Source: Geosiphon pyriformis uo1 (Eukaryota > Fungi > Glomeromycota). Taken from it: a DNA stretch of 64,000 nucleotides. Every line of letters starts with the position of its first letter. Within the stretch, counting starts at the first letter, position 1. The notes below the pieces were generated by a model. The model saw only the letters and a list, made by a program, of their open reading frames with translations. It was not told the DNA's origin and searched no databases. The translations under genes and the position numbers were made by a program. The DNA lies in assembly GCA_016748015.1 (NCBI GenBank), contig JAAOMT010000586.1, positions 248,001 to 312,000 on the forward strand. The letters are read 5' to 3'. Shown here in pieces: positions 48,565 through 63,260 of this stretch.

Positions 48565-51500
48565 AAATTTTTTCTTTTTGTTGATTCTCCAATCACGATG
48601 AGAGCAAAAAAATATTTTCTTGAAGCCATAGCTTTTCTTTTCTCCTTTCTCTTTGTTCTTATCAGTTATTTCTTTAAACATATCTATATTTATTACAATA
48701 AAGCCAGCAAGTATATTTGTTAGTAAGTCTGATATTGGTTCGACTGGTTTGGGGACTTGTTTGAATACAAAAAAAAACCATATAGATAGTGTTTACTCCT
48801 GTGGTGCATCTTATAAGAAGCCGAAAAAGCCTGTTGCTAGTGATACTGTTGACTTGTCTGCTGGCCCTCTGAGCATAGAAGACTTTGTTAGTGCTAGTGT
48901 CAAGCCTGTGGTGTCTTGAAGTAGTAAGGTTGACAGTGTTGTGAGTAGTGCTAGTGGTTTTTCCAACATTAAAAACATGAAAAACATAGTTGTAAAAAAA
49001 TGAGCTATGCAGACTCAGACATTTTATTTGAGTATAAGAGTATGGATAACACTACTTCTAGGAAAACTCAAACCCATACTTACATGTTGGGACATCTGTC
49101 AAAACAGTCTTCATTTAATGATATGAATGACAATGATAGTATTCTAGAGTTTCCTCCATACATGAAAGCTGGATTCAATTAGATACTACTGTTCGAGTCA
49201 TGTGCTCCAAATACACACAGTTTTAATTCAACCAAATTTTTTGCACTTGATATTGAGCTTTCTGTGGTGTCTAGTAAGTCTATTGGTGACAAGTTGATTT
49301 TAATAAAAAAAATCTTTTATAGAATAGATGTTTTGGGGGGGGTGTCAACTCCTTCAAAATTTTCAGGGATTATTAAAGCTTTATTTATTTCTGAATCTAG
49401 TATAAATAAGACAAAGAAATTGGCAATCTGTAAAAAAATTACTGTTAATGATAATCTAAGAAAAGTAAACAGCCAATCAAATCAGAAAGTGATTGTCAAG
49501 AAGATTCCAGTTGATATTTTCAAATTAGCTATAGAGTCTGTTTTTTCTAAGTTTGGTAAGGTTGTATTAATCAAGATGTAGTTGATTGGTCTGTGGCAAA
49601 AAGCTTTGGTAGAGTTTGAATTATCTGAAATAGCTAGTTTAGTTGCTTCCAAATGGTTTGTTCTTATGAAAAAAAATTCTGTGCATGTGGCTTTGGCTAT
49701 TAATGATAAGCAATCATGGACTTTAAGGAACCAATATTGAGCATTGTTATATACATTACCAGTTGGAACTACTGCTCATGATTTTTTTGATTTGTTAAAT
49801 TCTTATGGTAGAAAAACATGCTTCATTGGTCACAATCTGAGTTCATATGTCTATAACAAATGTGTAGTGGTTTGTTTTGAGAATGAGGCATCCAAATTGG
49901 CTGTTATTGATTCTATTTCAGTTTTCAAGGATGTGAATTTGCATTGGGCCAGTCTATCTTTGGCTTGTTGTGCTTAATGCAAACAATTTAGTCATGTTTT
50001 TATTAATTGTGCTGTGGATGAGAATCATGGTAGTCGCAGTAAGTGGGTGGTTAATTCTCAGAACTGGGTTCACTTGGTCAACATTTATAAGAAAAAACAG
50101 ACACCCATCACTTGTCTGGTTTCTTTTAGTGGCAAAACTTGGGCCCAAGTTGCTGATGGTTCTTCTTTGCTGGTGGTTCTTCTTTGCTGGTGGTTTTTTC
50201 AGTTCTTTCTGGCACTAGTTTTTTTTTTGGTGCTAAGTCTTCTCCTAGTTCTATGTTTTTCTTATACATCTCTGCACCTCTTGGTGTCTTTGGTTTGTAT
50301 GATTGTTTGGCATCTTTAGAATGCTCTTTGGTACTTTTAGTCAATCAAGTTTCCAGTGTTATGAAAAATTAAATCTTGTAGAACTGGTGCCTTTGCCATC
50401 TGTCTCTCAAGTGCTTCTTTTAGCTGTTCCTATACCTTTGGTTTTGTGTTTGACCTTAGATATAGTCTTGGATAATGTGTTAGTGTCTTCTGTTTTTTTT
50501 TTCTCTACTGTTAAAAATAATGTTTCTGGTTTTAGTTTTAGTAGCTTCAAGATTCTAACCACTAAAGTGGGTGGCTTAGAGTTAAAGATGGTGTCTTTAG
50601 AAGCCTTAATAAGTTCAGTACTAATTAGGTTGGATCATTTGTGCTCTAATTTGAGTGTTTTATTACTGCTTTCATCTTAATGAATAGTATGGTGTAGAAA
50701 ATTGCTATGTGTAATGTTAAAAAAATGAACAATCCTGCTAAACAGGATAATATTATTTATTAACACAGAGACAAGGACAATTTAGTTTCTATTTTTACAA
50801 AATCAAAGTTAAAAGAGAAGGTTTGCTTCTGGATTGTCAACAAATTTGGTAATGTGTGAGTGTTTACCTCTGGTTTAGAATCTGGCTATCTAGGTGTTAA
50901 TGTTGTGGTTGTCATAAACTTTTCTTTGGCAAAACATGTGTGCAAGGTTTCAGAGGTGCTTGGTTAGCTTTTGTTTATCAAGTTGCTTTTCAAGAATAAA
51001 CTTTCTGTATCAATTTTAGGGCTTTATGTTGGCACATCTTTGGCAGTTTGGTTTTCTCAGGCTGGTAAAATCAACTCTCTTATTGCAAAGGCTGTCAATA
51101 AATCTTCTTTTGTCATTTTTAGTGGTGATTTTAATAAAAATAATTCTCACAAGTGTGCAAGTTTCAAAAAGTGTCTTGATCTGGGGCTAATTAATTCCTT
51201 GGTTGACAGCCCAGCTGTGAAAAAGTCTACTTGGGCAAATTCTAGAGGTGTTATAAAAATGATTGATTATGTGTTTGTTTCCTCCAATCTGATTAATGCA
51301 ATAGTGTATCATGATGTTTTGGAAGTCAGTGAGTATTTTGACATGGATCATCTTTTCATTTCTGTGTCTATGGGTTTGGGTGAACTCTTGGATACATGGT
51401 TGAACTCTCTTCACAAACAAGTGAATAGAAATTGATGGAAGTTTGATTTCAAAGATGCTGATAAGGCTAAATAGAATGATTTTAAAGATGCCATATTGGC

Positions 51501-54500
51501 CAATGCTATGGTGTTCTTAGATGAGTTTGCTGCCTCCACAAAGTTCTCTGATTTGGATGCAATATGGAATGTCATTCACAAGATAATGGTTTTCTCAGCT
51601 AATAAAGTGTTCAAGAAGAAATGGTTTAAAGGTTTTGATAATGTCTTTACCAAGGAATCTTTGAGATTTCACAAATTAGAGCTTTTAGTTTCTAGGATTT
51701 TTAAGATCTCACATAAGGAGCGTGATGTAAAGTTTGATTTTCTTATGAAATGCTGGATTTCTTTAAACAATGTTAAGGCTTTGGTTGTTTAAAACATGGT
51801 GGACTTTGGTGCTGGCTATGATTGTATCTATTCTGCTCTCTCTGGTGCTAGAAAATCCTATCGTGCTACCAAACTTACTGAATCTCTGAGGGCTAAAGAA
51901 GCAAACATCAAATCTGCTATTGATAAGAGAATGGAAAGTTTTGAGGTAAATAAAAGTCATACAATTAGGAGTGTGCTGGAACATCCATTTCGCAAAGTAG
52001 TACTTAATCATCTGGTGGTTGATGATGAGCTGATCCTAGAACTTGATCTGGTTAAGTTTAAGGTGGATGTGATCATAGAGGGGTGAACTAGAAAGTGTAA
52101 AGTAGTAGATGATATCTTTGGTAATTGGCATTGTCAATATCAATCTTTGGAGTATGTTTTTGATAAGGCTTTTTCTGATGTTATGTATTTGATTGAATTT
52201 GATGAACTGTTTAAGGTAGTTTTTAATCAGTCTAATAGTAAGACTGCTGGTTTCTTGGGTATATTGAATGAGCTTTAGAAACATTGTAATAAGGCAATCT
52301 TGAATATGTTTTTGGTGCTTTTAAATTCTTGTCTGTCTAGTGAATCAGTGCTTGGCTTTTGGAAGGAAGCTTAGATCTTAATAATTTCCAAACCATATGA
52401 ATAGGAGAGTGTTCTGATAAATATTTGTTCTATTGCTTTAATCGAAACAGCTCATAAAATTCTTTCCAAGATTCTCTCTAACAGGATTTCTTCAGCATGC
52501 AGCACTTTCAATGTTCTTTATGAGAACAATTTTTTGGTTTTGAAAAGTACAATGACTCAGTCTCCTATTTTTGCAATTGATTCGGTTATTAAGAATGCTT
52601 TGGAAAAAGATCAAGAACTATGGCTAGTTTTGCAAGATATGTGAAAAGCATATAATTTGGTTGGTTGGAAACATCTTGAGAAAAGTTTGGTCAAGATTAA
52701 AATGTGTGGCAAATTTATTTGATTTTTTGGTAGTATTTATAGGGATTGCATCAACCGAATTATAATAGATTTTGGTTTAACAGGTGGTTATTATGTGCAC
52801 AATGGTCTGGACCAAGAAGAGGTGTTTTCCTCCCTTCTGTGGCACATATTTTATGATTCTCTATTGTGTGAAGTCAAGCATTAAGAAAGTGTGTATGGGT
52901 ACAGGTTGAATTCTTATTTTATTTCCAGAAGTGATTACACTGAATCTTAGGCTGGGCTTTCTTCCTTTTTTGCTGCTGGCATTTTTGTCAATGATACAAT
53001 TTAGGTTGATAGCAGTCAGAGTACTACTTAACATATTCTCAATGTTGCCAGTGAATTTTTTCAGATCAATGACATTTTAATTAATAATGACAAGACAGTG
53101 GCCATTCCCATCAATAGCAGGGTCAACAATCCTTCTCTTTCTATTAGTAGCTCACCAATTTCTATTGCCAAAAAGAGTGAATTTCATTAGTATCTGGGTA
53201 TTTATTTTTTAACTGAGGGCCTTTCAAAGCCCAGTTTGGCTAAGGCATATTTAGATGTTCATTTTTTTACCAATCTAGTCTTGAGAAAAACTGTCTCAGA
53301 TAAACAGTTCTTGTATTTGGTGTCAGTGGTTTTCTATTCTATAGTTAGCTATAGGATGCAGTTTAGCTTTGTTCCTGTTAATATGTGTAACAAATTGGAT
53401 GCTCTAATTCATAAGGGCTTGAAGCTTAAATCTAGTTTACCATTCAATTTCCTCAGCAATACAATTCATCACCCTTTCTTTTATGGTTTGAAATCTTTCT
53501 TATAAGTTCAGTCTGAAAGTAAGATAGCTTCTCTTGTTAGTTTTGTGAACTTTGGTGGAGTTTTGGGCTACTTGTTTACTCACAGGTCTCATGACTTGCA
53601 AGTTTTGTATTGACATCCTGTTCATCTATTGAGTTTTTCTGTTTGCATTTGTGTTAGTGCTTCTAATAACTTTTTAACAGACATGGTTTGTATTTTTCTT
53701 GATTGCAATTTGTCTCTGGGTGGTTTTTTGGCCAGTTTCTTTTGGTTTCATGGTGGGATTCTCATGTTTACTGTTCTGGGCAAGTCAAGTTTTCTTAAGT
53801 GTCTCTCTTTTCTCTATCAGTATGGCATAGCTTTTGTAAATCAACTTTGTAATAGTCATGGTGCTGTCTTTGATTGGTGTATTTTTAGGTGATAGAAGAG
53901 ACTGGACCCCCATGGTCCTGTTTTTAAGTGGTTCAAGATTTTTACAATGTTTCTTGATGGTATGGTTTTTTCTCCTGCTCATCCCTTGGTTTCGAGTAAA
54001 ATTAGTTCTTTGAACATTCTTAACTCTAATAATTTTGCATCTGTTTGTGACTGTCTCTTTCAGGTTGGTTCTAATAGTTTATCTGTATATATGGATGGGT
54101 TTCTGAAGAATTTGGGCTCAGTTGGCTGTAAGGCTGGTGCTGCCACTTTTTTTGAGAACATTAATCTGGGTTTGGACATTGGTGTATCAGGTTTGATGTT
54201 TTCTACTATGATAGAATTGCAGGCTATTGCATTGGTCCTGGAGTGTGTTCCTTTGTCTAGCTCTGTTCACTTGTTTTCAGATAATCAATCTGCTTTGGAT
54301 GCTTGTAAGTCAGAATTGGGTCTGGTATCTTCTGACTTTCAGAATTAATGTTGGGTTGAATATTGACATATAGTTAATATCATTCATAATAAGAATTTGA
54401 GAGTTAGTTGGCACAAGGTAAAAGATCACTTGGGTATTGCAAGAAATAAGCATGCCAATGTGGTTGCTAATGTCACTTTTCTTTCTGATTGGTGTTTTTC

Positions 54501-55499
54501 TTCTTGCTTAAATGAATGCTTTATAGTGGCTGATGGTGGTGTTATTTCTGGCAATTCTAGATATTTTGTACATAATGTTTATTATTCCATTTGTTGTGCA
54601 CACTGGAAGGTTGGCTCTGGTTCCAAGTTTTGACAGGCAGTCTACTTTCTAAGGTTGATTAGCTCTACTTGTCATTGGTATGACATTCTGATTTACATAT
54701 GACTACTGGCTTTACCAGTAGACCCTTAGCTAGTGTGTGCACTTATTTTATGAAAGCCTTGCATTATTGGCTGCCTGTTGCTATTCGGAAACAACTTTAT
54801 GACAAATATTATTCTAGTGTGTTGTGTTTGTATTATGATAATGTAGAAATATCAGATCATGTGTTTTTTTGTGAGGTCAACGATTCTGCTAGACATTAAA
54901 TATTGGACTCCTATGTGGCTTTATAGAAGGCACTTTCCAGTCTCTCTCACTTCTCTTCAAGTATACTGTAGCTGTTGTTGTCTTGTGTTTCTGGTTCTTC
55001 TGTGTTTATGGCTCTTTATAAGAATTTTGTTTTTAATAGTTGGTTTTGTGAAGCTGTTTCCATCTTCTGTAATTCCAAAATTGCCAGTTCAGAGATTGTC
55101 AAATTTGTGCACTCTCTTGGTCTTGCCTTTAGAAATGAGGTTTGGGTAGTTCATGCTAAATATCATGCCTATATGGAGAAAACCAGATTGATTCCATTGA
55201 ATGATTCAGGTTTTGTGTTAATTTCTGGTTTGCCATCAAGGCTCTCTGCTGGTATGGTCAAATTGCTTGGCATTACCAAAGCTTTTGGCATTCATTTTGA
55301 ATTCCACAAATTTTGTTTATTTTTCTCAGATATAAATTATTTGGTCTCTGTTTATATAGCTGCATAGTGTTGTCTTGATCAGCCCAAATGGCTGGTCACA
55401 TGTAGAAAATGCATGATTCATGTCTAGTTTAGATTATTTCTTTAATGTATAGTACTAAGTAGTGTTTAAACTTTACTTATTAAATAAGTAAAAAAAAAA
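48565..55499 (+). mobile_element. LINE copy 5, full length, with a different 5' UTR/ORF1 N-terminus
   Basis: ORF1 ~48698-50680; ORF2 50680-55367 (APE with SGDFN and IDYVFV, RT, RNase H, Zn finger). 3' hairpin and A tail. Confidence 0.93.
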
Positions 55500-55884
55500 T
55501 TATTGTATTAAATATAATTTTATTTATAATTTATTATTATATATTATTTATTTAATTTTTAAAATTAACAAGTCAATTAACAAAACTGAAAAATTAAAAT
55601 TAAATTTTAATTTTAATTTAAATATTACTTTTGAATTTAATAAAAATTTAAATACTATCTTAAACACTAAACAATATATTATATTTTTAAATTTATTAAA
55701 AAAACAAAAATTAAAATAATTGTGTAAAAACAATAAAAGTATTATGTTCAAAAGTATATATAATATAAATATTAGATTTAATTTAAAATATTTTAAACAA
55801 ATTTTAATAATTTTAAAACTTTGTTTTTTTATTAATATAAATTTAAAAATAACATTAAAAATTCCAATAACTACTCTAATACAA

Positions 55885-56687
55885 TATTACTTTTATAAAA
55901 AAAACATAAAAAATAAAATAATAATAATAATAGTATAAATAACCAATAGCAAATTAGAAAATTATCAGAATATGTAATATCAAAAATTCCAAAAATATCA
56001 GTAAAAATTCTAGAAATATTAGCAAAAATTTTAAAAATTTTAATAATAACTTAAAAAAATTGTAAAAATTTTATATTAAAAAATTTAAATATATATAATA
56101 AAAATATTAAAAGTTGAAAAATCAAAAAATCAAACAAGTTTACTTTAAGATTAGTTTAGTTTTTATTAATTTAATATTAATTTAATAAACATAAATTTAT
56201 CAATATATAATTAAAATTATTTATTAATAAATCTTAATTTATTTTATTAAAACCAACAGTTTTTAATATATTAATACTATTTACATTAAATTTGATAACT
56301 TAACAATATTAAAACAATAATTTTTGATTATAGATATTAATAGAATATTAACTTTTACTTTATTTATTTATTTTATCTTATTTTTTGTGTTACTAATTGA
56401 TTAAAAAAAAGTACTAAGTTTATAATATTAAGAATTGTTTAATAAAAAACATTAAAAAAGAGCATAAATATAATTATTAAAGCTATGATTGTTTACTAAA
56501 AAAGTATAAATACCAAAATAAATTAATTATTATATTAAAAAACTTTACTTTATTAAACCAAAATTATTTTAAATTTTTGTCTATTATACAAAAAATTTTA
56601 TTACCAAAACTTTTAAATTATAACAATTATTAATTTGACCAAGTTATAAAATTTATAATTTTATTATACAAAAATCTATTTATAATA
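55885..56687 (+). repeat. Ghost solo LTR related to the Gypsy LTR
   Basis: TATTAC start, decayed U3 repeats (aaaattccaaaaata/aaaattctagaaata), aaaacaataatttttgattatagatattaatagaatattaac, tgtctattatacaaaaaat, accaagtta. Flanks ACAA/ATAA. Confidence 0.68.
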
Positions 56688-58227
56688 ATAATTAATATTA
56701 AGATTTAGTTTAATAAAAAAAGAAATTACAATAAAAAAAAAAATAATTAATACAGAATATATAAAAAAAATCTATAAAATAAAACCAAAAAAAAATAACA
56801 CAAATTATATTTCTGTCTTTAATTAAAATAACTTAATTAATATTAGTAAAATAAAAAAAAATTTAAAAATAATAACAAAAAAAATTAACTAATTTAAATT
56901 AACTAAAAAATTAACATATTTATTAATATAACAAAAAAACTGGTGATTAAAAAAAGATTATCTTTATCAATTATACTGTTTTTATCTTATTATATTATTT
57001 ATATATATTAAAAATAACCAAAAAAATTAAAGATTAATTTTAGATTTTTAAAACATAATTAAAATTTTGTTAAAATAAAATTATTGCTATTATTAATATG
57101 TATATATTAACCAAAAATCACAAACATATTAGAATTTCAATTTATAATAATATTAAAAAATCTTAACTAATATTATTATTAAATATTTGAATTTAAAAAT
57201 CAAAGATTAATTATCAATATATGTTTTAAATTTTATCTAATTATGTAAATATGTAAATTTTATATTATAAATATAGACCAAAAAAAAAGAATACTACTTA
57301 TTTTAATTAAAACAATTGATAAAAAATTAACTTGAAAAATCCAAATCTATTTTAAAAAATACAAATTAAAATATTACTTAACCAACATGTTAATATTTTT
57401 CCAAATAAAAATAAGTTTAAAAAACTAATATTATTTAATATAAGATAAAAACTGAAATATTATGCCAATAAAACAATAAATATATTGAATACAACCAGTT
57501 AGTTATGAAATTATTTAATAAAAAATCAATTAAATATTAAATAGTAAATTAATTTTATTATTACCAAATTTAATAACAGTTATATATTTAAATAAGATAT
57601 AAAAATATTAAGTTGAATATTAAAAGTTGTAACAAAAGCAAAAACTTTTTCTTTAAAAATTAATTCTTTTGAAAAATTGAAAACATAATAAAAGAAGAAA
57701 AAGTTTTTTACTTGGTCTTTTTATTTTTCTAATTTATTTATGTTAATTAAAATTATAAATTTTTTATTGCTAATAAAATTTTAAATAATATATAAACATC
57801 AAAATAACAAAAGAAAAATTAATAATTATAATTATCGAAAGCAAAAAATGGGTATAATTTTATGTAAAAAAATCAAGTTGACATACCAGGTTTTTATTAT
57901 AGATTACAATTAATCTGTTTTTTAAGTAAAATTCTACATTTTAAAAAAAGGCACAAAATAAACTAGCAAAAAAAATTAATATGGATTTGAACATTTTCGG
58001 TGACTTTCAATGGCGTCAATCTTAGTTTAAATTAGTAACGATAATATCTCCTGGGAAATCTGGGTTACAAAGGTAACCCCTATGAAAAAAGCCAGGGTTA
58101 AAAGTTTGAAATGATAAATCAAACCTTTATAACAATAATAAAACCGAGGCCCAATATCCTATTATGGACCTTTATTCAGGTCTAATAATAAATAAAGAGA
58201 TTCTGATGACTTATAGACTGATAAGTT

Positions 58228-60611
58228 TTATACGGGGTAGATTTTGTGGTAAAGTTTTTTTTCGCTAGCATTATCATAAATTTTTCTCATCTCCGTTGCG
58301 ATTTTATGTTTTTCAGCTTCATACTCATGATCCATTCGAATATGCACTGGAACGATAACACTGCCTATGGTTTCTTCCGAGATTGTTCGCTTTTTTGATT
58401 CGGCTAAAGCAGACATGCTCATTGAACTCATATCATCAGGAAAAGATGTCAATAGCTGAGCATTGCGAAGAGCTTGTAATCTTATTAGTGATGGTTGATA
58501 CACTAGCGAATCTTTTAGCTTGCGTCCTGGGGATTCACTCCCAGATGCTTTTCCGCTTTCTTCGGCCACTTCAAAATTTACATTCACAACAAATGACGTT
58601 AATATCAAAAATATTGTGATGCTTGACACATAAAAGTTTATTTTTCAAACAGAACCAACCCTTTTGCCTTTTTTTTGCTTCCTTTGCTCTTGCTTCAGCT
58701 TCTCGGCTATCTTCAAGATTTTTACGTCGATTTTTTTCGTTTAATTGAGCCCATTTATGCAATCTTTCGTCCGAAGTGCGTACTTGTTCATTTAGAATTG
58801 AATCAATATCCGCGATTCTTGCTGCTAGTTCTTCTACCTCGGCCAAGTTGCCCTCTGATTGGGCTTGGAATTTTTTCGTAACAAGCTCTTGTTTCTCAGC
58901 AACTAATGTAATCTGCTGCCCTTTAAGCTCTTTTTTTTGGGAAATTATAGTGGCTACCTCTTGCTATTAATTAAAAATGGTTAGATTTCTAATAAATTAT
59001 CCATGCAAAAAAATTTGCCCATACCTCAGTTAAAACATGTTCGTGAGCATCACTGAGAGCTTTCTTTCTGATTTCCACGTCCGACTTTGAAGGGAAGCGC
59101 TGATTGTCATGTTTCATTGTGCTAACCCATCGATCATATTCGGACTATTACAAAAGATGGATTAGATTTTTCAAGGTTAAAAATCATTAAGCCTATCTTC
59201 ATACCTGCTGGAAAGCCGAATTAGATACAATATCCATAGGCCAGATTTTTTCTGCCTTTCCATGTTTCAGACGTAGGGATTTGTTCGTCAAAGTATTTTC
59301 CACCTTGTAGTTTCGATGATGCTTTTCAACAGCTAAAACAATATGATTAATTTACATCAAAACTAATGGTGCAGAAATAAAACAATTATCAAATACAATG
59401 TATTCTTACAAATAATTTCGCACACACGATAAATAGGCTTGTCCTTTGTTCCAATATAAAGACGAACAAAGCATCCAACTACAGTTTCTTTAAAGAAGGG
59501 CGAAAACATCCATTTCTCTATTAGCCTACGGGTAATCTGGATAGATCTCAGATCTTCGAATTGTAATTCATCACCCGTTATTTTCTGTTGAAAATATCAC
59601 CAATTAAAAATCTGCTTGAAATTAATCACTTTAATTTGGGATTCATAAATATCACCTCTCTGTATTCTCTTGATATAGATGTGGTTTCCAACATAGAAAG
59701 ACGCTCTCCAAGATCGGAAATATCGGTTATTTTAATGGCCTCAAAATGAATTAATCTTTAAGTCTTATTATTCCAAGAGAAAGTTCTGTTAAATTTTGAA
59801 ACAAGCACCTACGGACTGAGCTCTCTTTTGGCCTTTTTCTTCGCGTGCTCTTTTCAATTCATAATATTTTGAGTCTTTTTTGGTGACATCTTTAGTACGG
59901 GTGGATCCTGAAAAACCAACGATTATAAACTTTATTTTTTATTGAAGCAATATTAACTTTAGAAAAAAAAATATTGAAATTACTTCTTGTCAAATCACCA
60001 TCCTTTGGGCCAACATCTACCCTTTTAGTTACCAAATTTAAATCAAATACCTAATGAAAATAAATAGAATATTTCAATATTATACCATCAAAACAATTTG
60101 CAAGTTTAACTGCCTTACAAACCCTTTCAGCTCTTTCGGAGAGGATCCTTTCACGTTCGACTTCAGTCATTAGATGAAGTCTAAAAATATAATTTAGGTT
60201 ATAGTTGTAATTTTATTTTAATTATCGAAATGCTTTGATAATTAAAAATTTACCTTTCTCGATCATCTTCATCGCCCATAAGATCGCTTGCGTATGATGC
60301 ATTGTCGTCAAACTCCTCTCCTTCATCTCCTATAGGTTCAGCGATGTCATAACGCTCTTCTGCGATAATCCGATTTTGGTCTTGCTTAGGTAAATCTTGG
60401 TCAGAAGTTATTTCCTCAGATTCACTAGCCACCAGAAGTGCGTGAAAAAAAACATGAGATTGAATAGGGAGAAAATAAAGGACCTTCACCTTTAGGCAGA
60501 CCTTTCAGTGTGTTTTCGCTTTGCAGTTGACACGGGAGGGAAAGGCTCCGGAGACAAATTCCTTGGTATATCACCTGCGAGAGCAAGGATTTCGTCTTCA
60601 AGGAAACTCAT
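58228..60611 (-). CDS. RTF1: Rtf1, Paf1-complex subunit (Plus3 domain), multi-exon
   Basis: MSFLEDEILALAG, LMGDEDDRER, MTEVERERILSER, Plus3 core GCFVRLYIG..YRVCEI..LKHGKAEKIWPMDIVSNS, and WAQLNEKNRRKN. Confidence 0.92.
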
Positions 60612-60852
60612 TTTTTCAAAAGGAACTGAGAATTACAAGCCTCAGTATCAACGAGAGCAGAGATTGGAATTAGTGTTTAGGAAAAAATGGTGTTTTTGCT
60701 AAATAATTTTAAATTTATAAATATATATATATAATATTATTTAAACAATCAAATTAAAATATACAATTTATTAATAAACAATAAATAATTTTATAATTAT
60801 AATTAAAGCACAAAATAAAAAAACAATTTTTTTTCTTATAAAAACAATTTTA

Positions 60853-60855
<3 letters not shown>

Positions 60856-60927
<72 letters not shown>
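60856..60927. repeat. (TAA)n microsatellite, ~24 units
   Basis: Direct read. Confidence 0.95.
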
Positions 60928-60929
<2 letters not shown>

Positions 60930-62009
60930 TTTTTAATATTAAATTAATTGTTTTTTTGTTAAATTTACAAATAACTTTTTAACAACAAATTTTTTAATGG
61001 TTTTTTTTTAAATTATCAGTTTTATGTTTTTTAAAAATGTTAAACTTATTATTATTTTTTATTTAATATTGGTTTTTTTATATTAAATTTGTAATATTAA
61101 TATTAATTACAATAATTGTTATTATATTTGTTTTTAATATGGTTTTAATAACTGTTTTTTTTTTACTTAATATTTATTTTATTTTATTAAAAAAAACAAA
61201 TATATTAATTAATTATTATATAATTTCAATTTTTTAAACATAAAAATAGTTTTTATATTTAAATAATTTAAAATTTAGCTTTTTTATTATAATTATATTT
61301 TTATATAAAAATTACTTGACTAAAATTTTTAATTTATAAGTTTACTTTTTTTTTAAAAAAAAGAAGTTTTTATTTTTAAGCTGCCAAGTATTTTGGTTTC
61401 CAAAAAATAATATTATATTAATTGATAATACAATAAATAATTATTTTGTATTTTACAAGATTTATAAATTGTTTATTATTAATATAATGTTAACCAAATA
61501 TAATTATTATTATTAATTTAAACTAAGTGCAAATAATTGTGAATAAACTTAAAATAAAGATAAAAATATTAATAAGATATTAAAGTTGGCTAATATTTAA
61601 AAAAAACTGGTAACAACAAAGTTTTTAATAAAGAATTTTTGAACACTTATTGCTCAAATATCCAAGTTCATTGAAGCAAAAAGAATTTAATAAGAATATG
61701 AAATTCTAGTTTTTTAAGAAATTGATATATTGACTAATGTAAATATATATATTGAAAATTTAATTAGCCATGTATTTTCATAAACTTTTTAATTAGTGTT
61801 TAGCAAAGTGGTTTGAACAGAAATTATTTGATTGAATAATTGATTCGATTTTATATCAAAGCAACAAGACTTAATGTTTTTTATAGCTTCACGAAACTCG
61901 TTCTGAATCCTTTAATATTTCTCAGTCTTGTTAACTTTTTTTTCGTAACAACTCCTTTAATCTCTCATTTTAATTTTAATTCTGAGCTTGACTGACAAGG
62001 ATTAAAACC

Positions 62010-63260
62010 TATAATGAAACAATTAGAAACGAACCGTTCTCAGGTTTTAAGAATTTGGATGTTAATAATAAACTTGGTGAAAATTATATTATAAACTTTA
62101 ATATACTCAATTTCTTTCTTTGTGTGGATAAGATATTTTTTAACCAAGTTAGCAACTTTTGAATATTCAATGGTTGGAAAAATGTCCAAATTTTCTCTGA
62201 TGACAATCAATGCTCCTTCAAGTCAGTCGAGCGATGAAGTTGAAAACTTGATTTGAATATTTTTGTATGGGTATAGAATAAAAAACATTTTGGCTCTAAT
62301 AAAAAATTCACAATCAGAAAACACCTGAAAATCTATTCAATTGCTTGAATAATAAAAGTTTAAAGCGTTCGACAGATAATATTTTACTCGGTTTTTCTTT
62401 AGAACATGGGATTGGAACTATTTCTGATTCAACAAAAGAATTTTGAAAATTTCAGAAAGCAGCGAATGCAAAAGATTCTTTTGGACAGATATTTTTAGGT
62501 TATTGTTACAACAATGGAATTGGTGCTTCACAAGATCGAGGAAAAGCATTTGAACTCTATTCAAAAAGCAGCAGAGAGGGGAAATACTCTTGCACAATAC
62601 AATCTTGGATGGTGTCATGAAAATGGATTGGGAACAACGAAAAACTTAGAAAAATCATTTGAAATCTATTCAAATCTTGGAAATTTTTATCGAAATAGAT
62701 GAAGAACAATGAAAAACTTAGAAAAACCATTTGAAATCTATTCGAAAGCAGCAGAGACAAATAACTTAAGTTATCGAATTGATTTTCCTGATTTGAATGC
62801 CCTTAATCTCACTTTACAGGATCAGAATGACTTAGAACGTTTTATTTTACAATTTCGAAATCGAGGATCAAAATGCCCGGATAATTCTAAAGGAGCATTT
62901 TTGGATTTTGAAAGCTTTCTTTGACCAGCTTTCAGATGATTTCAAGTGTCTTAATGTGGTAACTTGGGTGGATCTCCTATATGTCCATTTTGTGATACTT
63001 GTAAAAGGGATAATAATGTATTTGAAGCCGGCTTGCCGAAATGTCCAGAATGCTATCGCACATTAAAGAATTCACTTTAGTCTAACTATTGTGAATCATC
63101 ACGAATAGCAGAAATATTAATATTGATCATTATATAGATAATACATAGAAACTTTCTAAAAGCTCTAGGGAATGCCTAGAATGGGATTTCTGCTGACGAG
63201 AGATCAAATTTTTAAAAAAGGTGGGAACGGAGGATTTGGTGTTGTTATAGAAGGTATATT
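62010..63260 (+). pseudogene. Sel1-repeat / protein-kinase gene remnant
   Basis: Sel1 repeats (AAERGNTLAQYNLGWCHENGLGTTKNLEKSFEIY), Cys pairs (CPFCDTC, CPEC), then a kinase Gly-loop GNGGFGVV. Frameshifts and stops throughout; truncated by AT-rich DNA. Confidence 0.7.

Noticed and set aside
55548-55938. Short ORFs rich in I/K/N/F
   Set aside because: Compositional artefacts of extremely AT-rich DNA.
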